Below are positions 38,812 through 52,472 of a DNA stretch of 64,000 nucleotides, piece by piece. The translations under genes were made by a program, and so were the position numbers. Below the pieces are notes generated by a model. The model was not told where the DNA came from, ran no database searches, and was given only the letters and a program-made list of their open reading frames with translations. Numbering within the stretch: position 1 is the first letter of the stretch; each line of letters begins with the position of its first letter. This DNA is from Octopus vulgaris (Eukaryota). Location of the stretch: NCBI GenBank assembly GCA_951406725.2, contig OX597815.1, positions 115,940,001 to 116,004,000 on the forward strand, in the 5' to 3' direction.

Positions 38812-41800
38812 AAACAACTAAATAAATTTTTGTACATTTCTTTTTTAATTTCTGTTAATATGTTTGTTGACATCATTAATTCCATGAAGCAAAATTATCA
38901 TTGACTTTAAGTATCACAGATACCATCAAGCAGAGGTGATCTTCTAGCAAATCAAATTCATTATATGACTTTGATTTCCAGTTGGAGCAATTTCAATTCA
39001 TTTCACTTAGTTCATAATAGTTTAGAGGAAAGTTACATATTTACAGTATTTGTTCTCTTCATCTACAATTCACAGACCTTGAACTTATTGCATTAATCGT
39101 TATTAGTAAATATAGTAATTGTTGTTTGCAATGGTAGTTAGCTGGATGATATGTTTACAACATCAAGTTAGTTAAGTGTTTTTCCTTTCTGAATTGAAAT
39201 TCCATTCCAAGCACAATAAAATAAGTTCAAGTACTGTATACTGTGGTGAGACTAACGACTAAGTATATATTTGTGAAGAAGATCAGAACTATGCTCCTAT
39301 TATTTCTTTAATCTAATTCCTCATTGCTGTGATAGATATTCATTCAAATGCTTTTATGCATTGGCAAAACTGAATGTCTGGTAACTCAAAATATCGATTA
39401 TAATATTTTTAGAGAATTGTGTCCATATTAGTCTTATTGCAAGGAAAAAACAAACATTCTTGTATATACTGCACGCACACACACACTGTTGAATAAAATG
39501 ACACACTCTCTCACCCTCTTTCTTTGACTCTTGTCTTTTATCTATATTTTTTTCTCTCTCTCTGTCTTCCCCCATCCTCCAATCTCTAAATCAGTTGTTT
39601 GTTTCAGTTATTATTTGGCAGAAATGATGTAATGATCTGTTATTCTCTTCTTATCAGTTGTTTTGTCTGCTCAAGTAAAACAACATTGTTAACATAGCTT
39701 GCATATTTGATTATAATCTTGATATTGGAATGCCTCCAGTGTAATCAAGATGCTGTAGTTTTCTCAGTTAGGCTGGATAATTAACTTCTAGATAAACTTA
39801 GCTCCTTTATTAATTATCTAATCATAACTATTGAATGTGCCAAGCATTATTTAAGTATAGATTAAAAGTAGTATAAAATCCAATAAAGCAATAGGTGTTA
39901 ATCACTTTATTTTTGTCTCAACAAAGTATTCTAAAGGACGACTGTGTCAATTGAAACGTAGTAAATAGAGCTAGCTGTCATTTAGTATAAGCATGTTTTG
40001 TTAGACATGTTACAATTTTAGAAATACTTAAATGAATGTCAACATCATTTTGGTACTTGAAGTTGGTTTTGTGAAAGTATATAATTCTGAAGCTTGCTTG
40101 AAAATTTTGGAAGAGGATTAGCCCAACTGTTGAGTTGTTATGACACTATCTCAGCAGTTGACACTTGATGGTATGACCATCTCCATTACTCTGTGACAGT
40201 GCAAGGAGGGACTACCACTCATAGCTTGCTATCATTCTCTAAATCCATTCATGAGAATAAACTGACTCATTAGAATTAACTAAAATTAAAGACTGATAAG
40301 AAATAAGTTTTAAACGCTGAAACACATTTTACTTTTGACATAGAGTAGGATTTAAATTTCAGTGTGATATCTGTGTTTCTAGAAAATGCCGAGTTAACAT
40401 TCCAATGCTGTAAGGTTTTAAGAAATGTTACACTATATATTCTCATGCTGGTTATTTTTTGTTTATTTCTAGCATCTTGACATCTGAACTGTTCTAACAA
40501 AAGACTGCAATCATATTACCACTATTGTTACATATTAATATAAAAGAGCAATACTCTTGTAAGGTAGAGCATGTTTGATTTATGTAATTCTTTCAAGTCT
40601 GGTGCACAATGTTTGACAATTTATGCTAACAGTCATTGGTAAGTAAGGCATTAGGTAGTATGCAGCTAGTAGTTATATTTTCATATAATGTGCAGTTACA
40701 AAAACACTATTCTGTAATTTATTTCTTAGACATCATAAAAATGTAATAGGTTTAGTTACTCTTTTTTACATACTATAAGGATATTATGCAAGTTTTAGGA
40801 TTCTCACTGCCATAACCCGTAATTTAAAATTTGTTTCATTTAGTTAATTACGATGAAAATGTATCTGCGTATTTTATAAAAACTAAGAAGTTAGTGGTAG
40901 AAAGGAAATTTAAGTAAAGAATGTTCACAATAAATTCATACAAATATTCAAACTTCCAGAACCATACAACTGAAGCTAGCACAGAAAACAGATTAAAAGA
41001 TTGAAATAAAAAAGAATTAATTTAATAAAGTTTTCAAGATTTGATGTTTTGCCAAATCTGTAAAAGGTTATGTGAACATGCATGCATATATACTTATAGC
41101 ACATTTACAAAAAGTACACATGCACACATTTATATATGCATATACAGATATACACATTACAAATGGGAATGGTCAATTTGCCAAATGGAAAGATTTTTCT
41201 TGCATTATATTAATGGGGTTATTGCCTTTCATTTATTTTTTTATGACATTAATTATTAAATCTGAAATGAAACTTCTATTTTTGTTTTCAAATTGATGTC
41301 TATACTTTGATGTAATTTGAATGGTATTCTGCTGTCAGCCATTGAGTGTTTCTACCATGGTCAGTTTTATATTTTGCTTCAAAGTATGCCAATTGGCAAT
41401 AAATGTAAAACTTTTTATTAAGTTCAGTAGTTTATTTAGCTTAATTTATATGTGTTTTCTGTATATAGTGTTTTTGTGCTCACTCTTAGCTTTCAGCTAT
41501 TTCTTTAGTGTGAAGACATTGATAGATAAAAAATATATTTCTGATCAAAACTATTCTACAGTACATTGCTGGTATTTATTGAGTCTAAAACTTTTTGCCA
41601 TTTCCTGATGTAATCTTCACTCAGAAGTTGAGTTAGTTGACTCAATGCAGCAATTATCATGTAATTTTCTAAATTTTAGAGTAAACAAATTTAAACAAAA
41701 ATGCAGTTGACTATTTCATTTTTTTCTTTTAAGACATTTCCATTAATATTTTTGATGTTAATAAACTGAAAATAAAATTTGTCTATTCCTTTCTCTTATT

Positions 41801-44399
41801 CAATGATAATATTGAACAAATGAGCAGAAAAATTTCTCAACTAACAAAATAGGAAATATAAATTTCAGCTTTATATAAAACCTAAGTAGAATTTAAGAAT
41901 AAAGCTTCTATATTAAATTTACTTAAATATAGTGCTGTTGATCCAGTCTAATCTGGTCTTCATTCATTTAAAAAGAAAAGGATTTTAAATTTAATCTCTT
42001 GGGATGATAAATCATAGTTGATTATATCAAATTATTCTTTTCAATGAAACAGTGATCCATAAAGACTGTACTTCCATGAAAAGTTAAGTCATCTGAACAA
42101 CTAGATTTTTGTTTTGCAGAAACTATTTTCTGTTTCTATATCATGGGAAATGGAAATAGATTAATTAGATCTCCTGTCTATAAATACTTTAAAACACCAT
42201 AGTAAATTATGAATGTAGAGTCTGGAAGCTTATCTATTTGATCATTTCACCTTTTCTGTATTGAATCAGATAAACTTGTGGAATTTTTCAAAGGAATTGT
42301 AAATACAGTTTGAACATGAGATAAATGTTGCATTCTATGTTTACCGTAAATATAAACTATTTTTTAAAAATGTCTTTGCCATTGTTTTTTTGTGTTTTTT
42401 GTATCTAATTACAAATGATTATTAATATTATTGCATTGAAAAAAAAGTGGTTACATTACTGATTCACAAATGAAATTTGATTGTAATTGTTAATTTGGAA
42501 AACAGCAGACATATTCTATGAATTATATTGTTAGATAATTAAAACAATTAGCAAAGATGGAAATGAAATTTTAATGTAATTCTTTCTTTTTCTTTTTTTA
42601 TAGAGAATTTAGCTTAGAGGTGAACTACTTTAGTAGAACTCAGAATGCAGATTAAAACTTATATTTTACTTTATGCTTTTGACTTTATTCTCTTCAATTC
42701 CTCTAATTTTCTCCTTTCTTTTCCTCCAATCTCATTGATTTTATTTCCTCTCTCATATTCATCTTTCTCACTTCCCTCTTTTCATTATTTTTCTCTCACT
42801 TATTTTTATCTTTCATTCATTCTTCTCTCTTTTGTATATAACCATTTCTATTGATATATCCTCCTCTAATATCTCTTTCTCTCTCTTTTGTCCAATCCTA
42901 CTCTTCTTTTTGTTTTTAGTTAATTGATTCTGTCACACTCCACTCTGACTCTATACATATAATCAGTCTACTGTAATTTCTGCTGGTATTTTCTTGTAAT
43001 GACCTTAGTCTATCCATTTCTGACCTTTTCCTGTATAATCTCTGCATAGCAAGTATTCTTCTTGGCCTATAATGGTCGGAAATAATTAAGGAATTAAGAT
43101 GGAAAAACCTCAAACCAAAAGCTTATGTTTTCTATATTTAATAAATGATATGTATCTATATATAGAATTTAATGTTGCAATTGTAGTTTGTAATCTATTA
43201 TCAGTACTACTTCCTAATTCAGATACATCAATAATTTCTACCTGTTGGCCTTTGAGCCAACTTTCAGATTTGATGGCACTTTATCTTTTTTTACATCATC
43301 TCTGCTCATCTTTTTTTTCCCCACCAGTTCCATTCATTTATACCTCGTTTACTGATTTCTCTCTTAAATTTCTTTTTCAAAACCATTTGAAATAGAAAAT
43401 TCATTAGTTAAACAAAATTTTTCTGTAATCAAAAATGTTAATATACTTTTTCCATTATTTTATTTTTCTTTCTCCAACTTATGTAATATTTAGGATACTA
43501 TTTTTGTAAAACAAAATCAAATTAAAATTCAACAACTTCCATGGTCATTAGAACATATATTTGTTGTGTTATAAATAAATCTTTGAGACTTATGTTCAAT
43601 TATGGTTTCCCAAATGAAAAATTTTCTCAAATATATTTGAATGCTGTTGACATTAGTGTGTAATTGGTTTGATAATGTTCTTAGAGAAAGTAAAATATAA
43701 AATTTTTCTTTAAATATATTTTTTTAGCATTATATTTTTCTTCCTTTTCTCTTGGTCTTGGTTCTTTTATATTGAGATATTTTGAGTTAAAATTTCAACA
43801 TAGAAATTCAGTACAAAAAATAGTTTAGTCCAGGCTTATATTTTCAACTTTGTGTGTTCATTCTTGATTTGTCAATGTCTGAAATAAAAGTAGTTTTATC
43901 CTTAGTAAAGTGTTTGGTTGATATTAAGGATATTAAAAGTAGGTGTGTCAAACAGTTTTATACCTACTTCTTGTTCCTTGTAGCAATTCTAAAGGTGCAA
44001 TGGATTATATTGTCTTTTAGAAAGGATTAATGGAATGATAGAATGATTAAAAGGTGTCAGCTGTAAGATAAAGAAAGCCCAATGAATTTCTATTCTATTT
44101 AATTGCTTACCACAACAATTATTGTCGAATTCAGTTGTAGCAATGTGTTTCGCAGCTGAGATACATAATTTCAAAACCATGAGATGCCATTTCCTTTACA
44201 TCCACTTAGGGTACACAAACATGTATAAGAAAGAAAAATGCAAAGTGATCTATGCCATATGATATAACTTTAAATTAGGAAAACTGTAAAATGTATTTCA
44301 GAATGGTGTACTCAATTTGTATTGAAGTTGCAATGGCTATAGTAATTTGAAGTTCTGGTTTCCCCTCTCTCTCTTTCGGAGAGGCACTGAGCAGCTCTA

Positions 44400-44556
44400 C
44401 GCACACATACACACATGGCAGTAACTCCTGCCTACCAAATTCAATCACAAAGCTCCGGTCGGCTCGGGGCTATAGTAGAAGACACCTACCCAAAGTGCCA
44501 CGCAGAGGGACTGAACCCGAAACCATGTAGCTAGGAAGCAAGCTCCCTAACCACAA
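44400..44556 (-). mobile_element. 5' half of a family A SINE
   Basis: GGGGCTATAGTAGAAGACACCTACCCAAAGTGCCACGCAGAGGGACTGAACCCGAAACCATG. Confidence 0.8.
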
Positions 44557-45472
44557 TCTATCACAAACTCAGCTTCAAATATACTCTCCTATTTTTGCAT
44601 TTATTTAATCAGTTAAATTATTTTAATTCTGATATACAATTGATGCTAGGAATGATATTCAAAAAATGGTTTGGGTTTTTTCAAAAGAACAAAAATCAAA
44701 ACTGTCTTCATTTTTATTCTACTGCTGTATCTGTAGTCTAAACTAAAGTGACTTGATGTAGGTTAGGGGTTCAGTTAGGGTTAGGCTGCATGCTAAAGTG
44801 TAAATCACCAGGTGGACTGCACACTAAAGTAGTACCAAGCAAACTTAGGTCAGCTATATAAATGTGTTGTTCTCATTTTGATTAAAAACTGACACATTAA
44901 TTTTATTAAAAGTTACAAAAAAAACCTCTAAAAAACAAAAACAACAAAAGTCAGTTATTGTCTTCCAAAATGGCTGAATTTGCAGAACTATTTCTTACTT
45001 CATATACTTGGACTGCACCTGATACCTTACTAAACATATTAAGCTTTATAGTGTCTTCAGGAGTGATCAGTTATAATTGATATGTCATTGCTTAGAAAAC
45101 TTCTTTTTTTAAAACCTAGATTTACTTTTGATTAGAACATTTTCAATTGGTTGCACCACTGATGCTCTTGTAGGAAGCACAAATGGCACTTCCTATTACC
45201 CTGGCTCTAAAAAATAACCAAACTGTTATTATGACATGCTAACATTTCAGTCCTTTTCCCTCACATACATTTCTATGTTTTTCCCCCCTTTATATTTACA
45301 TAAAATGCCAGACACATATATCAAAACAAATGGTTTGCAAAATAGATAAGAATAAGCATTTAAAAATTTATGACAGAAATTGAAATTGGTGCTTACAAAC
45401 CAGTTGAAGATTGAACATGTTTCTTGAGATAATGTCAGTATATAAAATATTTATCTTATTTATACCTTCAGT

Positions 45473-45700
45473 TTAACCACTTTAGCATTTAAAGTGGCCG
45501 TATGTGGCCCAAATATTTTACCTGTTTTATGTTTAAACTGGCCAGATCTGGTTTCTTATAATTACTCTATAATGTCATTCTAATAATAAACAATCGCAAC
45601 ATTGAAATCTCAAAGCTACAAGATAATGCATGATGAATTCAAAACTGTGAATAAATTAGCATTAATGTTTGACAGAGTAATCTGAATGCTAAATGGTTGA
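45473..45700 (-). mobile_element. piggyBac-type MITE (same family as 27045-27268)
   Basis: TTAACCACTTTAGCATT ... AATGCTAAATGGTTGA; the internal sequence is the reverse complement of the 27 kb copy. Confidence 0.8.
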
Positions 45701-47329
45701 AGTAGATCAATAACTAATAGACCATCAAAGCTAAAAGCTATTATTGATACATGTGCACATGTAAATAGATGTACACATACATTCTGATCATAACTGAATA
45801 TATTGAATACTAACTCAAGTTTTCTTTTGTGGTTATTCATAGTAATTAGACAGAAGAATAAAATAGCCAATATGCCTGTCTGCATAGTAAGTGGGTAGGT
45901 GTTTAGATTAGTTTTTAATTTTTTTTTTTAGCAGGAAGGTGTAAATGAAAAAACAGATTTTTTAGAGATATTTTAAAAAAAATAACTATTGGTTCAGTTT
46001 TACACTTGAATATTTGGACCCAACTCAACAAATAAGGGAAAATTAAAAATTTAATACCCTTTTGTATAATAAAGGGAGTAACCAAAGGATCTGTCAATTT
46101 TAGGGATAGATTTTGTGCATATATTAGATGGTTAAATTAATAAATTAAAAGTTATAAGTATATAGTAGTTGAATATCAAGAGAAAGAAAACCATGTAATT
46201 TTAGTTACATACAATAATGTATAAGGAAGTGTAATGTTGATTATGATAGAATGAATATTCATGTTGTGCTAAAAATATATTCTTATTGATTATAAATAAG
46301 CAAAAGATACAGGCAAATGATAGCAAATTGGAGGTGAATGGATGCAAGCATTTCAATATTGTGTATGTTTGAAAAAGAAATAAAAATATAATAGGTAGTA
46401 AGCAGCATACATAATTACAGATGTTCATGATATAGAGATACAAAAGATAAATTATATTGGTAATTTAATCTATTAATCTGATATCTGGAGGTGTAATGTA
46501 AAATTACTGTAAGGTAAGACCAAGAGTTGAACTAAAAAAAATAAAGAAGAAAAAATGTGTGCCTATATTTCTAGTAAATTCTAATAGAGATATTATTGGT
46601 AAGTTATATGAAATGGTTTCTAATCATATGAATATGAAAGGAAGATAACTCATACATTTAGGTGAATATTTGATTTAAAGTGTTACTGAAGGTAAATTTT
46701 AGTGCAAGGATAGTATGAATATAAAGTAATGTATATTGGGCTATAACAGAAGTTTATTTAGTAAAATATATTGTAATTTACAGTGTGATGTGCACTAGTT
46801 AGGAGATTCTTGGTGTAATATTAGGGTTAATTAAAATTTATATATTCAAATGGAAGTTTGGTGTGATAGTTCATAAATATTGTCTGCAGTAAAACAAATA
46901 AAAAAATGTGAGAATCAGAAGAATAGTATTTGTATAGGAAAATGGTAAAATATAGGTAATTAATTCAAGAGATTTGGTATGTAGGATAAAATGGTTCAAA
47001 TCTGTAGTTATTCAACAGATTAGTACAATAGTCAAATGTGTGGAAAATAAAGGTAATTTGTATCAGTATAAAAGGAATGTTATGTAAGCTCTCAAGTGTA
47101 TATGTTCAATTTATGGAGTAACAAGGAATGAAACATTCATAAGAAATAGATGATTAGTAGTCACTTGTAAGTGGTACTTGTTGAGGTATTGTATATATTT
47201 ACCTGTCAGGATCAAAGTTTTGAAATGTCATTGTTTTGTATGCTCTTTGCAGCTAAGTGCAGTAGTAAAGAGTATTTCCAAGTTTTCTGTTGTACATAGC
47301 TGCAAGGCTTTTTCTGTAGCTAGTATAAG

Positions 47330-47652
47330 ATGCAGATATGGCTGTAGGGTTAAAATATTTGCTTACCAACCACATGGTTTCAGGTTTAGCCACATTATGT
47401 TGCACTTTGGACAAGTGTCTTCTTCTACAGTTCTGGGTTGAACAAAGCCTTATGAGCCGATTTGGTTGATGGAAACTGAAAGAAGCCCATTGTATGTGTG
47501 TCTTGACATCACATGAGTATTGTAAATGACTGCCATTCATTTCCAATGTTCTGTGAAAATATGCTGGCTACAAAGGATTGGTGACAGGAAAGGCATCCAG
47601 CTATAGAAAAACTCTGTCTGCCTGAAAAAGTAGACATAAAAATGATGATGAT
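47330..47652 (+). mobile_element. SINE family B (family A head plus RTE tail)
   Basis: GCTTACCAACCACATGGTTTCAGG...GGACAAGTGTCTTC...GGAAAGGCATCCAGCTATAGAAA...AATGATGATGAT. Confidence 0.8.
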
Positions 47653-47947
47653 ATAAGACTTTACTGAAGAGAAAAATCTTCTATTCAAGATAATTTCCTA
47701 CTTTAGATTCCAGATAAGTTCGAAAATGCTGTATTTTCTCATTACAAAAGGTGTAGGAATTCTGATTATCATATTTTGGAGGGGATTTGTAGTATAACCT
47801 GTGTGTGTCATAAAAAAGTTGTCAGTTTCAGCATTTGCTTAGTATACAACATATTGAAGTTTCCACTTATGATCTAATGGGCAATTATTTAAACTAATGA
47901 AGTTGTAACTAATATTGTTGGAACTAGGTTTCGTATTTCACCAACAT

Positions 47948-48097
47948 TCATCATCATCATTTTTAACATACAACTTCCATACTAGCATGGGTTGGACGGT
48001 TTGACAGGAGCTAGCCAGGCAGGAGACTGCGCTGGATTTCTGTGTCTGTTTTGGCGTGGTTTTTACAGTTGGATGCCCTCACTAACACCAACCACCC
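47948..48097 (-). mobile_element. RTE-type 3' tail fragment
   Basis: (TCA)n...CCATACTAGCATGGGTTGGACGG...GGATGCCC. Confidence 0.8.
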
Positions 48098-48649
48098 ATC
48101 AAATAATTAGTCATTGGACTATTAATGGAAACTTCATGATACTGTTTACTCAGTCGCTGTAGAAACTAAGCCGTTTTATGTTCTGCATTGGTGTTACTAT
48201 GAGCCCCTTCAAATTACAATACCATCATTCCTACACTCTTTGTTGTCAACATTGAAGCAATGACATGACCTTTGAGCTTCATCTGGAATCTAAAATTGAA
48301 AAGTATCAGCTACAACCTAGGTAGGAGATACTCTTCTCAGTCAAATTCTATACTAGCAACAATACAGCCCATCAACCCTCTACTACAGAATGCTTGGAAA
48401 TTGTACCTGCTAAAACACCATTTTTTACTACTTCATTCATAGTTTACATTGAGTGTAACATAGAATTCCTATCTACTTTTTTTACTGTATATTGAATGTG
48501 GGTACATGCTTGTTGGTAATAGACTCTTCTTTCTTGTTAAAATTTTTGTCTTTACCAGATTTACTTTGAGACCTCTTGATTTTAGGTTTTCTTCTCTAAA
48601 TCTTTGATAGATTCAGCTATGAGAACTAGGTTATTATTACATACATACA

Positions 48650-48682
<33 letters not shown>

Positions 48683-51600
48683 CACAATTTTTTTTATATG
48701 TTCACATCTATTTTTATTTTTACATACACACACACCTGTGTATAGTTGCTTGGTTTTGCTTTAATTGCTTGGCATCAATTATTTATAAGATTTATTGTTA
48801 AAACTAGATATGTTATATGTGAAAATCTGGAATCACTAATATAGTGAATACAATTGGTTGCTGTGTTATTTTTACTTTTATAAATGATGTATTATATTGT
48901 AACCAACTGTCTGGTAAAATATTATCATCTGTAGTCAGCTAATGAAATAACAATATAACTTACTGGGAGAATTTTTACCATTGTTGCCTAATGGAATTAT
49001 AACTTTTTATTATACTTACAAACATCATGTCTTTGGGTGGGTGGCATTAAAGTCATGCATGCATAAATATATAAACACACTTGTAAACATATATGCACAT
49101 GCATGGATAAATAAGTACATTTTTAAATGCCTAGGTAGACATCACGTTGCAGAGTTGTCAGAGAAATATGCTGTGTGAGTCTTATTTTCCTGTCTATTCA
49201 TTTTGTAGTACAGATATTTAACAATTTGCGTTAGATTAACCCACCTATTGACTAGTCTGGATAGAAGGAGGAATGTTTTCAACTCAGTTCCTTATGTTTA
49301 GAGTGGCTGAAGTATTTTGACATGTTTGTCTATCAGCAACTAAATTCTGGAGCAGGAATTCAATCCACTAGAAATAGCATCCAAATTCCCTTCAAATCAT
49401 ATTCTACTTTTTTCAAAAAGAACAACACATAAAAAGCAATCCTAGATGTGCAAGGTAGGGAAAAGTAGTCCTAGATATATAGAGTAAAGACAAAGTAATC
49501 CAAGATATACAAGACTGCACAATATGAGCTGCTGTGGTTCTAAGCAGTTGCAATATATTTTAATCTCACACTAATGTTAGAAATCAACCATTCCTCAAAT
49601 TTGAGTCACTATATTGTTACAGAAAGACTTCACAAAAGAAAATAAAGCTTTGCTTCTCTATAAACAGTATTTTCAGTTAATGCTAAGTGCAGGTTATTCC
49701 CTATTATTAAAGAGTTTATGGTAGGCTTGATCTGTTGCCTGGTTTAACACTACTACCTGGAATTTTGTGTACCTTTTAGGTGGTGTCTACTCTGTTGCAA
49801 GCATTCAAACCATGTTTCTGGTTTGAAGCTATCATTGTTTCTGCTACCTGCCGGTCTTGAAGGTCTGGAAATTTTTCCTCTTGACTACAAGATATATTTA
49901 CACTTATAGATGGTTGGTGGTGATGTATGGTGTGACCATCTAATTATGATGGCTCCATTCAGAAGGCTGAAATAATGCACATAATGTGTCAGTAAGGGAA
50001 GAGAGAAGAGACATAACTGAATAGAAGGTTTAAGAGAGAAAGATTTGTTGATATATTAATTTGTGTGTCTGTGTGTGCATCATGCATACAGAATAGACAG
50101 GGTGTCATGAGAAAGTGTGTGTATATGAATGTATGTATGTGTGTGCTACATATAAGAACAACAATGAAGAGCACGGTGAGAGAGTCTATAATGAGAAGTT
50201 AGAAGAATGTTCATAGGCACAAGAATGAGAATACCAGTTCGTAATCAATTGTACACAGTGATAGAAATACTGTATCAAGAAGTTGTGGTGATGATGCAGT
50301 GAGAATGAGTGCTTAACACTGCATTAGTGGATAAATATTCTTTATTTGTGGGTTAATGAGGCTATCCCTAAAAACTTATTACTTTAAGAAAGATTAGCCA
50401 TGACACTTTTGAATAGATATGGTAAAACAAAGCTGCTGGACAAGAAATGGCAGCATTTTCAATTAAATATTTATGAAAGGCTTGAACCATATTAATTTCC
50501 ATACTCCTTTGTTATTACCACATGGTTTCTATTGTGAATGGATACTCTCTGCCAATGTCAACAGAGCCTATCTTGTAAAAATTTATTTCCAGGATGTTAG
50601 ATATTGCTTCAATTTTGGCTTCATAGTATTGAATAGAAAGAAACAAAATAATTGTAAATTTCACAAATCACTTCAATGAGTTAACATGTAAGCAAATGTA
50701 TTTCTTTCTATAACTATGTTTGTTATATTCTTCAAATACATAAATTTATTTCTAAAATTTTCTGGTGAGAAATTTCAATAAATAAACTGAATGTTGGAAC
50801 TCTACAATATTAAATGAATCTCTGATTTCAACTCCTTAGAATCAAAATAGACATATTCTTAGTGGTGTTTTTTTTTTATATAATAGTTCTAATTTGAGTT
50901 ACTTTTAAATAAGCTACTTATAGAATAGGAGAATTTATTTCAAACATAGATTCCATGTGATATTTTTTATTGCTCATTATACCTGAATTTCTTAGCAGCA
51001 GCTGGTCATTAATAAGGAAATGCATATAAAAATTTCATTTTCCTCTTTTATTTTCTTCATACTTTGATATATTATTTCCCAGCAGTGATAGCATTAGTAA
51101 AATCAATGGTAAACATAAGATTTTCCCCTTTAAATCATGAACTATCAAAACCTGGTTTCCTACCAATATATCAATATAAAGATTTGGTATTATGAAGAGA
51201 CCTACAGTATTGATGATAAATAAAATATATGAAATATAAATTAAAATACTTCAATAAAAGATTTTATTGCTTGGCTAGAACTTTGATAATTGCCTATCTT
51301 TCTCACACACCAAGGTTCATAAACTTTCTATAGTCTCTCTTTTCTTCTCTCATTTCTATATAAAGAAAAATGAAAGATTGTAGGTTTGTGTGTGTGTAAG
51401 TACATGCATGTGTATGTATGCATTCTTGTTTGCATGTATGTGTGTATAACTTCTAACAAGTATTATTATTTGGAAGAAAATGTTTCTGCTTCATGTCTGT
51501 ATCATTAGAGATAACTTTTACTTGATTTTTTTTCTACCCAATATTTCCATGTTTATTTCATCAAAAAATATCACTCTCCTGTGGTATTTGGAAATATTCA

Positions 51601-52242
51601 GGCTAGTCAGTAACAATTTATTACTAAGAATATTGTTTGACTACTTCCATAGTTTACAAAATCTGATTGTGAGTGGACTCTAACTCTAGTTAAATCCAAC
51701 AGCATTAAACAAAGCGTTTATGTGGTTGCTCAAATTACTAAAAAGTTGCAACCATATCTTTCTCAAATTACATCCTACCACCTTGATAAACCAGAATGAC
51801 ACGTTGGATAATGTAACTTCCAGATGCACTATACCTAAGAGAAAAAAAGTTGGTCACAGCTGGAATGCCTTTGATGATATTTCCGCTAGATTAATGCTGA
51901 CAATTTAAGCAACAAAGACCAAAACATAAACATTATTCATAGTTTATAAGTAGAATGGCAACACCACATTTTAGTGTGTAATGTCATCACAACAAATGTC
52001 ATAACTCAAACATGCAAGATCTGATTAATTAGAATGATTTCACTTGGGATGCTCACATTATAACTATGGGTTTCCGTTTCAAAACCAAACCTTACCTTGT
52101 CTTTGAATCATTTTGTTTTACAAGGCTTAGGATGGCACAACCATGGAATACTGTTAGAATGACACACACACTTTAATCATCAGACTAATACATTAGTCTC
52201 TCATTACTTGACCCAAAGCTACTTCTTTCAATACTACACCTC

Positions 52243-52472
52243 TACTCAGTTGAGGGGTTCTTGTCTTTCAGATTGCTTAGTGACCTCACTTGTACCAATT
52301 CCACAAACACAGCTCCTAGTATACTTTATAAAATGGTTGACATCAAGAAGGATATCCAGTTGTAGGAACCATGCCAAAGCAGATGTTGGAGCTTAACACA
52401 GTCCTCTGGCTAACCATATCCTGTTGATCCATCCAACCCATACTAGCATGGAAGACCATTAAATGATGATGA
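52243..52472 (+). mobile_element. Degenerate RTE-tail SINE or LINE 3' fragment
   Basis: AGAAGGATATCCAGTTGTAGGAACC...CCATCCAACCCATACTAGCATGGAA...AAATGATGATGAT. Confidence 0.7.

Noticed and set aside
44760-44786. TTAGGG telomere-like repeats
   Set aside because: Only 2-3 imperfect units at an interstitial position.
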